A stretch of 63,230 nt of DNA, the filler included, from Octopus bimaculoides (Eukaryota): assembly GCF_001194135.2 (NCBI RefSeq). It is 6 parts of 5 records of this genome, joined end to end, with 100 filler letters (N's around TTAATTAATTAA, not from the genome) between each part and the next. Parts side by side here need not be neighbours in the genome. Positions count along the whole stretch, not along the records: positions 1 to 29,421 come from NC_068984.1; positions 29,522 to 42,718 come from NC_068984.1; 4 more parts are not named here. One strand, 5' to 3'. Numbering within the stretch: the first letter of the stretch is position 1; every line of letters starts with the position of its first letter. A program made the position numbers and the translations under genes. The notes below the pieces were generated by a model that worked only from the letters and a program-made list of their open reading frames with translations, was not told the DNA's origin and searched no databases. Positions 22,393 to 34,279 of the stretch are shown piece after piece.

Positions 22393-22780
22393 TGTCTATC
22401 CTTCTGGATAGTTATAAAAGCAAGAACCCCCACGCAAAAGTCAGTCAGTTAGTGACAACTCGAGTTAGTGAGAACCGGAGTTAGAGAGAGCAACCATCAG
22501 TTAGTGAACGGACCACTAGAATCATGGCCACAAGCAGGCAGCCACTAAAGACAAATGGCCTGAGGGAAAAAGAACGTTACAATCCGCGACTATGCGAGAC
22601 AACTTCCCTTGACTCTCTCACTATCACTAGCTCAGCTCGCTTTCTTCTTAGAACTTTACTCCATCTCTATTTGTAATTACTACTACACGGTGACAAGAAC
22701 ACAAACTATCTATGATATCTACCTTTACTTTGCATGCTTTACGATTTTATCACCTGCCCGTCGAGGCAAGGTATTTTACA
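22393..22780 (+). mobile_element. Possible solo LTR
   Basis: Starts TG and ends TTTTACA; TATAAAAG at 22413-22420 followed by AGTCAGTCAGTT and repeated AGTTAGTGA units. No TSD could be verified. Confidence 0.35.
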
Positions 22781-23290
22781 ATCATCATCATCATCATCAT
22801 CATCGTTTAACATCCATCTTCCATGCTAGCATGGGTTGGACGATTTGACTGAGGACTGGCGAACCAGATGGCTGCACCAGGCTCCAATCTGAACTGGCAG
22901 AGTTTCTACAGCTGGATGCCCTTCCTAACGCCAACCACTCTGAGAGTGTAGTGGGTGCTTTACATGCCACCGGTACGAGGGCCAGTCAGGTGGTACTGGC
23001 AACGGCCACGCTCAAAATAATGTTTTTTACATGCCACCTGCATAGGAGCCAGTTCAGCGGCACTGGCAACGACCTCGCTCGAATGTCTTTTCATGTGCCA
23101 CCGGCACAAGTGCCAGTAAGGTGACGCTGGTAATGGTCACGCTCAAACGGTNNNNNNNNNNGTGCCAGTAAGGTGACGCTGGTAATGGTCACGCTCAAAC
23201 GGTGCTATTTACATGCCACTGGCATGGAAGCCAGACAGCTGCTCTGGCAATGATCACAAGCGCTCCACTGGCACAGTTGCCAGTCATCGA
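22781..23290 (-). mobile_element. Interspersed repeat with RTE-like tail (same family as 12517)
   Basis: (CAT)n tail at ~22782-22803, then the reverse complement of the family core. Contains a 10-N gap with duplicated flanks. Confidence 0.85.
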
Positions 23291-24705
23291 ATTTGGTTCA
23301 ATCACAATTTTTATTTCAATGTAACAGTAAAATAAATATTTTCTTTACAACTTCAATCACTGTTATTTCATCTTTACAATCAACAAAGAACTAATCCTTA
23401 CAAACTGATTACGACTCCAACGTTCCATATTATTGTTTACAAATTAACATCAACCGTTACAAATTGGTGACTCAACTGTTAAACTAATTAACTTCTATCA
23501 TTTCAGACCCTATAACTTAGTCTCATATATCTTCCCCTAACTCTAGATATTTATATATCTATCCTTTGCCATGATTGTTAGCTTATGTCTATTCTCATAT
23601 TATGACCTTTTCTCTACCTCTCATCTTTTAAGCTTTTCTCTACACCTCACTCCTAGCAGACCAAAACTCCTTCTAATACTCTTCCCCCATTCTCCCTCTG
23701 ATGCTGGAATAGATCACTACCTTAATGATGTTGGTTAGTGTCTTGTAGATCAGTAACATTTAAAATAAATTTAGTTAAATATGTTTTTATAGTCATGTAA
23801 AATTTTATTAAATTTCCACTACTTTTATATTTCTCCCTTGAAACTACTTTTTAAGAAATTCATTGCCATTTAGTGGTGTGTCTATGGCAGTAGCTTCTAA
23901 ACATATTGCCCTTCTCTTCTAACAACACATTTATTTTAGAAAACATTTTGACTGTAGGAAGACAAAAAATATATTCTATTATAGCATATAGATTTTTTTT
24001 TACTGATATATATCTTTTTTGAAATGTTTGCAATAATATCCAGTCCTTTTTCGGTTGATCTGAACAACAACTGTTCTAACTGGGTCAAAATTTGTCTCCA
24101 AAATTTTATCACACTAAGTCTTCTACCTATTCAAAGTTGGTTTTTTTTTTTTTTTTGTTGGTCTAAGTATGAGAGACATCTTTAGCTGTGTAGGTATAAA
24201 GTCTCCCTTGGTTTACTATGGAATCTTGCATACCATTATATTAGCATGTGTTGTGTGTTCACTCATGGAATTAATACAAGAAATAAACTTTAAAATAACA
24301 GCAAGACTTTATTCCTCTGCTACAGTGGACAAAATAAATATATGGATTCTGATGATTGTATAGTTCATCTATCATTTGTATAATTCAACTCTGGCCGTCA
24401 TTGGTTACATGTGCTTCATTATAATGGCAGGAAAATAACATGACTCGCCTTCATGAAAATCTCTCACCCCTCTGTCATAGGTGTTTTGTTAACTCAATAT
24501 AAATGCAGAGGTAGGCTCCAGCATAGATTCAGGTTAGTTGTTTTAGAATGTATGATGCACAACATGATTGGATTCTCAATCCAATCCCATGCGATACTTG
24601 ACCAACCAAAGTACAGTACTCAACCAATGTTCCAAACTCAAATGATAGGTCAGATGACCAACCATTACAGATAATGTGTGGAGCCTATAAAAGGTTAGTT
24701 TACTC

Positions 24706-24803
24706 TGTAATACTTCAACTGTGCGAACCAAAGGAGATGGCGACGTAAACGGGAAAGGCTCCTTTTTACCATGTCGCACGGTCGAACACAAAATACATTA
24801 TAT
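24706..24803 (-). ncRNA. Conserved hairpin of unit B (candidate structured RNA element)
   Basis: Minus sense TTCGACCGTGCGA...AAAGGAG...CTCCTTT...TCGCACAGTTGAA (24786 to 24714), preceded by ATATAA and followed by TTACA, as in the unit A copy. Confidence 0.45.
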
Positions 24804-25270
24804 AATAGTTGGCTCATCGTGAAGAGATACGAGCCAAGTGCCAGTAAAGAAACAGATTAGGACAGACAACCACTATGATTTATAATGAGAGTAAGTTTAT
24901 TAACATAGTGAAACTGTTTGTGTCTGTGTGTGCGTGCATGCGGCATATATAATTAACACAGTAGATAAGTCAGGCCTTCGTGTACAAGAGAAGGTATACA
25001 ACAATGTGAAGTGACAGACAGTCATATAAGCAATAGTGTGTGTACAATATGTGAGAGTACAAGTGTGCGTGTGAATGAGAGGAAACACAGAACATAGAAA
25101 GAGTGTCTGTAACATAGACTACAAGTCTCAAACACTGAGATAGAGAAATACCAGTTCGTATTAGAGTTGCACAAGGAGATAGGATGTTCATACGCAGGAA
25201 GTTGTGGCCAAGTAGCAGAGCTGTGGAATCACACTGTGTGTGTTGAGCGTCGAATGCTGTGACCATTTAC

Positions 25271-25600
25271 CTGATACGGAATATTCTCGCTGGTTAGTTC
25301 TGACTGTTGCTCGTGGTGGAAACATCCACTCAAACAGGGTCGAGATAAAACCGAGTGTGTNNNNNNNNNNGTTAGTTCTGACTGTTGCTCGTGGTGGAAA
25401 CATCCACTCAAACAGGGTCGAGATAAAACCGAGTGTGTTGATATTGGTGTGTACCTGGTGGTGGGTTTGCTGGCGCACAACATTGTGGTAGACAGTACAT
25501 TGGTGGTGAAGACGTCAGCGCTGGAACTGGCTGTAGCTGTGTTCTGTATGTGTGGTCAGCGACCAGACCTGTGAGAGATCTGAAATCGAAGACAATTGCC
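25271..25600 (-). other. Putative first exon of unit B with three ATGs in three frames
   Basis: Lies downstream of promoter B and ends in the consensus donor TATCAG|GTAAAT (exon end 25271). ATGs at 25500, 25483 and one in the region duplicated by assembly. The frame from 25483 is open to the donor (MLCASKPTTRYTP...ENIPYQ). Confidence 0.5.
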
Positions 25601-25760
25601 GTCGTTGGATCAGGCTTATTTGTAGGCAAAAAAGGGCTCACCGGAAACCCAGTAAAACTCCTTCTCACGTGATCTTATTTGAAGCCATCGATTGGATGTA
25701 ATGCCCCCTTAGCAATCAGAACATGGGGACAATTGTCGCGCGAATAAGAACCAATCAGGA
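25580..25760 (-). promoter_or_regulatory. Pol II promoter of unit B
   Basis: Minus sense: ATTGG (25751-25755), CCAAT (25691-25695), TCACGTGA (25665-25672), GGTGAGCC, TACAAATA (25617-25624), CAATTG and TCAGAT. Colinear with promoter A. Confidence 0.7.
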
Positions 25761-26879
25761 TGTAGGACAGCTTCGTTATCATTTATGATTGAATGCCCGA
25801 GAGAGAGGTTTCACTACAACTCCAATATGCCATAATAGAAATTGGTCTCACTACACAACTCTCATAAAATCTTCTAAACTCTTTCTTCACTTTTCAATGT
25901 TGTTGCTATTTTGTTTTTGTTTTCTCAGCAAAGCCCTTGCAACTTGAACTACAAATTAAATGCTTTCATTGTTTGTATTTGTAACTAGGTTTTGCTCTAT
26001 TTTAATGTCCATAACTAGAATTTATTTGTTGAAAAGGCTCTATCTATTTCTCCAAAATCATTTTTAAAGAATTGTTTTATTTATTTATTCCAGGCAGTGT
26101 TCTTTGCAACAAAATTAAGTTTCTAAAGTCAACAAAAATGCAAAGAATTCTTTCAATTGTTGGTAGCATATGTAAAAATTTGGTTTTACCATTTTGTAAA
26201 AGCTTTTTGTTTTCCACTCAAGCAATGTGACAAAATTCTTTTAGCTGTGTTACATGCATCAAAATTTTCACAAGAAATGATTTGATATCAGTTAGTAATG
26301 TAGACAGTTATGCACAGTGTGTGCACCACAGACAGTGCTAACAAAGTCCCTTCCAATCTAGGTTTTTAGTTAGTTAAAAATGATCTATTCATGAAACATG
26401 AAAAAATTAACTGTTATTCAATTCAAAAGTCTACATTCATAATTGTGTGTGGATACACACACACACATGTGTACGCACGCATATATATATAGTAAAATAT
26501 AAAGTGAATACTCATAAGGGACCAATTGTTTGTTCCTGTAAATGTCTGTGTGAGGAAAAAGAAAAACTGAATTTTGTTCTCAACAATCCAGCATTGATAT
26601 GTGGCTTTCTCAGTTTGGATGAGATAGAGTAAAAGACAACAATAAAAAAAAAGACAATAAAGGTGAGAGATGATGTTTCAGTTACTTGTCAATAGTGTCT
26701 TGTAAACACTGCTCAAAGAATCTTTGGGATAAGTAAGAAAAACATACAGCCTAATTTTAACAGTTATTAATATGCAAACAGTTTCCACAGTAAATTGACT
26801 TCTGAGCCCATAATCTGCATAACCTTTCACAATGTAGAATGTCAGATTTAGTTAAAGACGTTTTTTTATAATCAATGAA

Positions 26880-27620
26880 TGCTATGTATAGTGGCTTTCT
26901 CCATGAGGATCCTGATGTTAAAAATCTGGTCTCTTGTGCCTACCTCTTTACAAAGTCCCTGCTATACCTCTGTGAACTGTTCTATCATCAGCAGCAGAAT
27001 TCTCAGCAAGATCTTAGCCTGTAACTTTGAGCAGTGCAATGAAGACTACTCACATCTAATCTACAGGCTTTTTATTGTCTCACAAATCTTGATATTCATC
27101 TTAGTAAGAACCTTTGACATGATGTTACTTTCAGTGACTCTGAACTGCATCCACCTGAAGTCACTCGATTCAATATGAAGAGACTATGCTCCCAGCAAAA
27201 GTACCAAGTTGAAATTTCTAAAAACCTTACCAGTAAAATTCTATGGATGTGAAGCATGGAACCTAAGGATAATAAACACCAAATGACTGAAGGCTTTCAA
27301 GATGTGCATTGGTAAGCACTGCAGATCAGTTGGGTGGTTTGTAAAATAACTGATTCAGTCCTGGATGAAATGGGAGCCAATTCAATGCTGGTAATGATAT
27401 TTAAGCAGCAAAATCTGCAATATTTTGGTTACATTATGAGGGCTCAGAATTTCTGTGATCACACCCTTGGGAACTGGGTGGATGGCAATTGGGACCCTGG
27501 AAAACAAAAGCATATACAGAGTGATGTAATCCAGAACTGAATGGAGAAAACATTGCAAAGTGTATGGCTGTAGCAGAAGACTTCAGTGTATGGTAAGGAG
27601 TTGTGGTTGAGTCTGAAGCC
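26880..27620. mobile_element. RTE-clade LINE remnant with 5' inversion
   Basis: 26880-27100 minus strand: KILLRIL...GTRDQIFNIRILMEKA. 27180-27620 plus strand: FYGCEAWNL...QNLQYFGYIMR (RTE C-terminus). Confidence 0.75.
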
Positions 27621-28047
27621 TCCAGCCCTCAGCCATGAAGGCAGACATGCTTGTCATTCATCAACACACAGAATGGTCAGAGAACTCCAGTGATTCTTTT
27701 GGCTCAGAAAATTTTCCTATTGCCAGCTGGTTTTCTAAAGGACATATTTTTACAAAAACCACTTTCTTTTTTTTTTCCTTTTTGCAGTAGAACAATTCTG
27801 TATAGAGCTTTTTTTTATGTGAATGAATTGGAAGGTTTTAGTTCAAAATTCAGGTGGATTCCTATTACTAGTATTTCGTATTTCATAACCTAGCGTTATT
27901 ACTGTCGAAAAACTAAAAAAATAAAAATTAGAGATTTAAAAAAAATAAACAAACAAAATTATAAACCAACCGGGACAACATTGCTAAACCATTTTAATTT
28001 GAAGGGAGTTTAACTGGTTTTAATTTGTTGCTATCAAACGACTAGGC

Positions 28048-28186
28048 CAGGGGTCTCCAAAGTGGTCGATAAATGCACATCTACTTAATTATTATTCATT
28101 TATTTTTCTTGTACATGCCTGGCTGTAGATGAGGGGTCAAGGATTTCATGATGGGGTCGATGGTCTAAAAAGTTTGGGGACGCCTC
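28048..28186. mobile_element. hAT-type MITE (139 bp)
   Basis: Termini CAGGGGTCTCCAAA and TTTGGGGACGCCTC are imperfect TIRs. The 8-bp flanks GACTAGGC (28040-28047) and GACTAGAC (28187-28194) form a TSD with one mismatch. Confidence 0.75.
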
Positions 28187-28481
28187 GACTAGACTGAGAC
28201 ACTACTGTTGGTTCCTTATTTCATTAATGGTCAGGTATTTCATGTATCGAGGTGTTTAGATAGAATTTCAAAGTAGCAAATATATTTCACTTATAAAACT
28301 TAAATCACAGTAATAAAATTTGCAACATTAATTTCCTGTCGTTTTTATTTTTTCTCCTATTCGTAAATAAAACATTGATTCTATGATTGGCTCAGCATGT
28401 CTAAAATACGAAACTAAAGTATATACAACTCCTTCACAGCTTTTCAAAGCCATACGAAACGTCGACATTTCACTTGTCATC

Positions 28482-28557
28482 ATGTCCACTGCACCTAACA
28501 AACCTGATTTAGGGATACTAGAAGAGGATGATGAATTTGAGGAATTTCCAGCAGAAG
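28482..28557 (+). CDS. SEM1: 26S proteasome lid subunit SEM1/DSS1, first coding exon
   Basis: MSTAPNKPDLGILEEDDEFEEFPAE matches the SEM1/DSS1 signature DLGLLEEDDEFEEFPAE. The 76-nt coding exon ends in phase 1 at donor AG|GTAACA, the intron position I recall for vertebrate SEM1. ATTGG box at ~28386. Confidence 0.95.
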
Positions 28558-28832
28558 GTAACATTTTTTCCCGAAATGGTGTTGAGTAATATATATATAT
28601 GTAGATATCTACGAACAGGTTTATCCATTCATTTCTGTCCACATTCATTCCAATTCAATTCACTGTAAAATCTCTTCATAGCTGACAAATCAATTTAATA
28701 TTCAATTCTCATCCTCTGGGTTTCTTTTCACTTTACTTTGTATTTTAATGGTTGCTGTTAATTCAACGATTTCGTACATTACTGGAAATATTTTTATTAA
28801 TATACATTGAAAGCATATCTATATTATTGCAG

Positions 28833-28919
28833 CGGAGATAAGGAACACGTACACCACTGGTTTGCGGCATAACAAAAATCCTAACCTTAACCACCGGGTG
28901 TACGTATTCTTTACCTTCG
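28833..28919. mobile_element. Small palindromic MITE-like element with CCTAACCTTAACC core
   Basis: AAGGAACACGTACACC (28840-28855) and GGTGTACGTATTCTTT (28897-28912) are imperfect inverted repeats. Confidence 0.5.
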
Positions 28920-29465
28920 CCATTATTGGCATATAGGGGATATATTCTCCCGATAAATTTGTACTCCTAGTTATTTTAAGGAATTTACAACACATTTTAA
29001 CAAACTTTGGGTTATGGACGTAAAAAGCTTCATGAAAGAGAATTCCAAAAGTGAATGATTTTCATTAACTCTAAAGAGGATGAAACACTCCGCTTGTTAT
29101 TTTGTATATTAACCTGATAAAGTACTATCATTTACTTTGAATCATTCAATTTAGTAAATCCTGTGAAATCAGGACAAATAATCTAGAAAATATGCGAATG
29201 AATACATCGGGGTTTGTTTTGATACAAATTTGATGATGATAAGTAGCAAATATTTTGCAGTACAAAGGGAAAACATGAAACAAAGTGGATGATACGACGT
29301 TTGAAAAACTTTTTAGACAATTTTTCTTTTGTATATTACACGTAAAAATGTGGTGATCGTATTTGCGAAATAATGTTTTGTAGTGGATCAACATAAAGAC
29401 CTTCACCCGGGAACAAAAAAANNNNNNNNNNNNNNNNNNNNNNNNNNNNNNNNNNNNNNNNNNNN

Positions 29466-29477
29466 TTAATTAATTAA
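29466..29477. other. Artificial scaffold linker (N44-TTAATTAATTAA-N44); identical linkers at 42763-42774, 56890-56901, 59367-59378 and 61798-61809
   Basis: All five are the same 12-mer (stop codons in all six frames) centred in exactly 100-bp blocks. Confidence 0.95.
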
Positions 29478-29521
29478 NNNNNNNNNNNNNNNNNNNNNNN
29501 NNNNNNNNNNNNNNNNNNNNN

Positions 29522-29798
29522 GAGCGAGATCGTTGCCAGTGCCCCTGGACTGGCTTGTGCGGGTGGCACATAAAAGACACCATTTCGAGCGTGGCCGTTT
29601 TCGTGCGGGTGACACGTAAAAGCACCCACTACACTCTCTGAGTGGTTGGCGTTAGGAAGGGCATCCAGCTGTAGAAACTCTGCCAAATCAGACTGGAGCC
29701 TGGTGTTGCCATCCGGTTTCACCAGTCCTCAGTCAAATCGTCCAACCCATGCTAGCATGGAAAGCGGACGTTAAACGATGATGATGATGATGATGATG
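29522..29798 (+). mobile_element. Interspersed repeat with RTE-like tail (same family as 12517)
   Basis: Family core followed by a (GAT)n tail. Confidence 0.85.
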
Positions 29799-31849
29799 AG
29801 ACAGGCAAGCTGGAATGCCTTTGATCACAGATCTGCTACATTAGAGTTAACCTGGGCTTAAACAATAACAATAGCAGATAATTTTAATTATAGTTTGGTT
29901 CAAAGCCTCTCCTGGCCAAAGGCATTCTTGCAATTAAAATGATGAAAGGCATTCTTGAAATTACAATCATATTTGTTTTTATTTTTATTAGATTTAACAT
30001 ATTTTGAATCTTATTATATTATCTGCTACATTCTTCCCTCTTTTAAGATGTTAAGGTGTGAGCTGAAAGTAATTTGGTTGCTATTTCTTGCAGTTCAAGT
30101 ATTGGATCATGCATAGAGATTTGGGCTTTGTTGTTGATTCTACAGTATTATTTCTAAATGTGAATTTGTAAAATTTTTACATTTTGTTGTTTACTTTCTT
30201 TCCTTAGAAGTGAGCAAATTTTTTTCCAGTATTCTCAGTAACAAATAAAGTAAATTTTTAGATTTTCTTTCCATTCCTAGTTTTTAAGCAGGAAAGATCA
30301 ATTCATTGTTTGCTATCTTGGAAAGAAAATTTGTACATCTAGATTTTAGATTAGATTGGTTGAACATTATAAATAACACATAGTAAGTAGTTTCACTGTT
30401 TTATGCATCAGTTAAAGGTTTTATAGTTCATAGTTTTCACTAGAGTTATTAGGTGATGGGAAAGAATATTTTCTTAGTCATAAAACACAAGAGAATCTTC
30501 TTTTTGCTCTATATTCTCGCCTTGACAGAATGACAGCAAACTTATGCTTTGCCCTCTTCCCAACCAAAACTCATTAGCAACACCCTAAAACAGAATCAAT
30601 TGTTTGTCCACTTCTCTCACATTTAAGTTGTCTTAAAGTACAAAACACATTTAAGATGAATGAGCAGTTGGTTTGCTGAATCTCCTTTTCAGCCAGTTTC
30701 CCATACAAAGTATGTTTATTTATCTATTTTTTTGTGTGTTTTTTACTTTAGAAACATTATTCACTTGTACCAGGTGTGATATACTAAAGAAAATTTAATT
30801 CTGGAACATGTTTTCTCTTTTTTCCAGCATGATTTACATAAATTTTACTTTTATTTACGTTGTGTATGAAACAAATTTTTCTGTTTATGAATAACTATCA
30901 ATTTCACACCTGTACTTCATGACCTTTGAAAGTACAAATTTGATGTAACTACTTTGAATTTTAGCAAAACTACTCAAGAAGTGGTCTTCACTTTGAAGGT
31001 GTGTAGAAGAAAATAAGAGAAGTCTTATAATTAAATTATTGTTATCACTGTCCATACTTACATTTTTCTATATCAAATTAAAATGTAGTATGGAATATAA
31101 TTTCTAAAACCATTTCTTAGCTTTAACTATCTTTCATCTATCCTCTATTAGATATAGAGATTGTAGCTATAAGGCTGCATAGGAATCGTCACATCTTTAA
31201 AGACATGTTCTATTTTTATGTAAATACCCAGAGTATTTAGGAAGCAACTAAATAATAAACTATTTGAACCATTCTAATGAGCTGTGTAAAAGTTGTCCTT
31301 TCTCTGTGTATTATTGTTGGTCTGCAAACTAGCATAGGTTCATCGAGACTGTTACTAATCTTGTGTATCTAATTCTTATGTTCCTGTAAACTCGATGGGG
31401 GAAATAATGGTTTCAGAGTGTGCTTCAGTATTGTTTCTAGGATGCTGTACACATTCCTGCATATCTGAAGGTAATTATGCATGTACTGCCATTGGCTTTG
31501 AGAAATGAAAAGACCAAACTATTTCCTTTGGATTTTCAGGTGATTTTTTTCATTTTGAGCATTTTTTCGTTTTTTCAGTAGGTGCTCTCTGGATCAGGTC
31601 TGGATGCAACCAGTGATAATGGGAAATGTGTCTTTGTATTTGTAGTTTATTGTGGGGCAATTTCAGTCTCTAACTGAATTCACATTGGTTTTGATGCATT
31701 TTTTATGTGCTAATATTGTTTCTTTATGATGACCTCATGTGATACTTAAAATGTATATGAATGGCACTATTTTCTTTGTTATGCATTTTATATATGCACT
31801 GTGAATAATGTGAATAGTGCTATATACATAAAATTAGTATTTCTTTTTT

Positions 31850-31943
31850 TTGCTTGGCACCTTGGGCAAGTGTCTTCTACTATAGCTTCAGGCCAACCAA
31901 AGCCTTGTGAGTGAATTGGTAGACGGAAACTGAAAGAAGCCCG

Positions 31944-31988
<45 letters not shown>

Positions 31989-32170
31989 CAGCATCGCTTG
32001 ACAACCGATGGTGGTGTGTTTACATCCCCGTAACTTTGCAGTTCGGTAAAAGGCACCGATAGAATAAGTACTAGGCTTACAGAGAATAAATCCTGGGGTC
32101 GATTTGCTCGAGTAAAGGTGGTGCTCCAGCATGGCCGCAATCAAATGACTGTAACAAGTAAAAGAGTATA
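31850..32170 (+). mobile_element. SINE with internal (GT)n, 5' head missing
   Basis: GGCACCTTGGGCAAGTGTCTTC...(GT)n...GGTGCTCCAGCATGGCCGCAATCAAATGACTGTAACAAGTAAAAGAG. Confidence 0.8.
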
Positions 32171-33895
32171 TGAAATGATATGAAAGAGTATATGAAAGAG
32201 TATATGAAATGATTTAGCCCTAGATGTGTGTCTGAGTAAAAGATGAAATAAAGATGACAAGAAGCTTTTTGACGATTGATCTGCTTCATCAGCTATGACT
32301 TGGATCTAAACAGCAAGAAATATCATTAAAGAAACATCCCAGGAGATTTTAGACTTGTTTGAGCAATAATGTTTAAGTATTTCTAGGTCTTATATTGATT
32401 GATAAGGTTTGGGGTTTTATTGATGCCACAGAGATGTGAATTGATAAAATAAAGTATTGTCATCATTATCATCAACATCATTGTTGTCATCATCATGTGT
32501 CATTGTCCTTATCATTTTAACACCCATTTGTTTATGCTTGCCTGTAATTCATTGAGGCAGATTTTCTATTGTTTGATGCCCTTCTTCGTGCTAATCTTCA
32601 TCTGTTTCCCAGCAAAGTAATACTTTCTCATGACTAAACAGGTTTTCATGAAAGATTGGAAACAAAAGACATTGTTTGTGTGAAAGTGACACTTGTTTCA
32701 CTACTAACATGTGATGTCAAGACAGGGACACTCAATCACATACACGTACATACACACACACAAAACTACCACCACCACCACCACCACTGCCACCACATAC
32801 ATTAATCCCATATATCAGCATCCTTTCAGTTTTTGCCAACCAAATTCATTTGTCCGCCTGAAGTTATATTAGAAGACACTTACTGTTGGTTCCACAGAGT
32901 GAGAGAGAATGTGAAACAATGTGGCTGGGAAGAAATTTCTTAACCACACAGTCATGCTGTCAGTATACAGATACATAGAGAAAAAGCATTAGAGAAATCT
33001 TGATAGAATTCAAGTTGAAAGCCTCATGAAAATAATGGTTTCAAATGTGTGCATGAGGCCAGAAATATTTAGGAGAGAGTGTATAATTATTTATATCAAC
33101 CTTAGTATTTGACAGGCAATTATTTTATCAACATAGGAAGATAAAGATGAAATGAGCAAGATTTGAAAGTCAAAACAGTGATTTCATATATTGCCACCAT
33201 AAAGCAATTTGTCTGACTCTAACAATCTTGGTATAGAATGATTAAACAAAAATGGTCGGGATAATTTTCCAAGGTTTCATTAAACAACTTCAAAAAAATT
33301 CCTCCCCTCCACTCCCAAACTGAAACATCAGAATTCACTTCCAGTGCTTGAAAAGAAGCCGCTGTCTAACAAGAATTTATTTTTCATTATGATAAAAATG
33401 TTCAAAAAAATGAAAAAGAGTTGCATGCATTTGAGACAAAAGTAAAACTTGCACTCATAGACCTGAGTAAAAATATTGTTTGCTAATATTGATAAATATT
33501 CACTAATAAAAACATAGTTTACTTTGGTAGGATTTGAATAGAGAATGAAGTGTTGAACATAAATACTACAAGGCAATTTGTCTGACACTCTAATGACAGC
33601 AAAGTCATTATCAGTTTGGTTTATCATTGTTATCACCATCACCATTGGCTTGTTGCAGTCATCATCATTAGAATTGCATTAACTTCTTCCATGCTTGCTT
33701 GGTTCAGGCAGGAATTTTTGAGGTATCATATTATGCCTGGATGCTCTTCTTTACACCATCTCTTATCTGTTTCGAAGTAAGTTTCTTTGTTGTACGTTCT
33801 TACACATTAAACTACCAAGTTGTTTGATATATTTTTTATTTAAAGTGAACTTAAATACACCTTTGCAACCCAAGCTATCTATCTGTGTGTATGTG

Positions 33896-34279
33896 CATAA
33901 GGTCTGATCAAAAAAGTATTGGAGCTGTTGCTATAGTACTTGAATTCAGGACTGTTGTAGAGTACTTAAATTCTGTCAACTATACAGTCTAAGTTATAAC
34001 GATCTCACATACTTCTGTTGTTTATAGCAGTGCTTGGAAATGAAGTGTGTAGAGTGTGGTCATTGCAAAAAGATAAATGGGCTTCAGCTGTACAGGATCT
34101 CTTTGATCATATTGAAAAAGACAAACACTTTTTGAAAACAGTCATGCTTCTATCAATGGTAACAATGCTAGATAAAGTGTGTGACTTCAGAAGAGGGACT
34201 ACTTCAAAGGAGATTAACTGCCAAATTGTAGTTTTCTTTTTATAACACCAGTCCCAATACGTTTTGGTCAGACCTTGTA
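33896..34279 (+). mobile_element. Internally deleted mariner-type element
   Basis: TIRs AAGGTCTGATCAAAAAAGTATTGGAGCTG and CAGTCCCAATACGTTTTGGTCAGACCTT; internal KCVTSEGTTSKE resembles a mariner transposase C-terminus. Confidence 0.7.

Noticed and set aside
23111-23201. 40-bp direct repeat around a short N gap
   Set aside because: Same overlap artefact, inside an interspersed repeat.
25293-25438. 68-bp direct repeat in the putative exon of unit B
   Set aside because: The identical copies flank a 10-N gap, typical of unmerged overlapping contig ends. It inflates ORFs 25188-25478 and 25229-25483 by 26 codons.
29422-29521. TTAATTAATTAA islands inside N runs (five occurrences)
   Set aside because: Identical 44N-12-44N geometry and stops in all six frames mark an assembly linker, not a biological motif.
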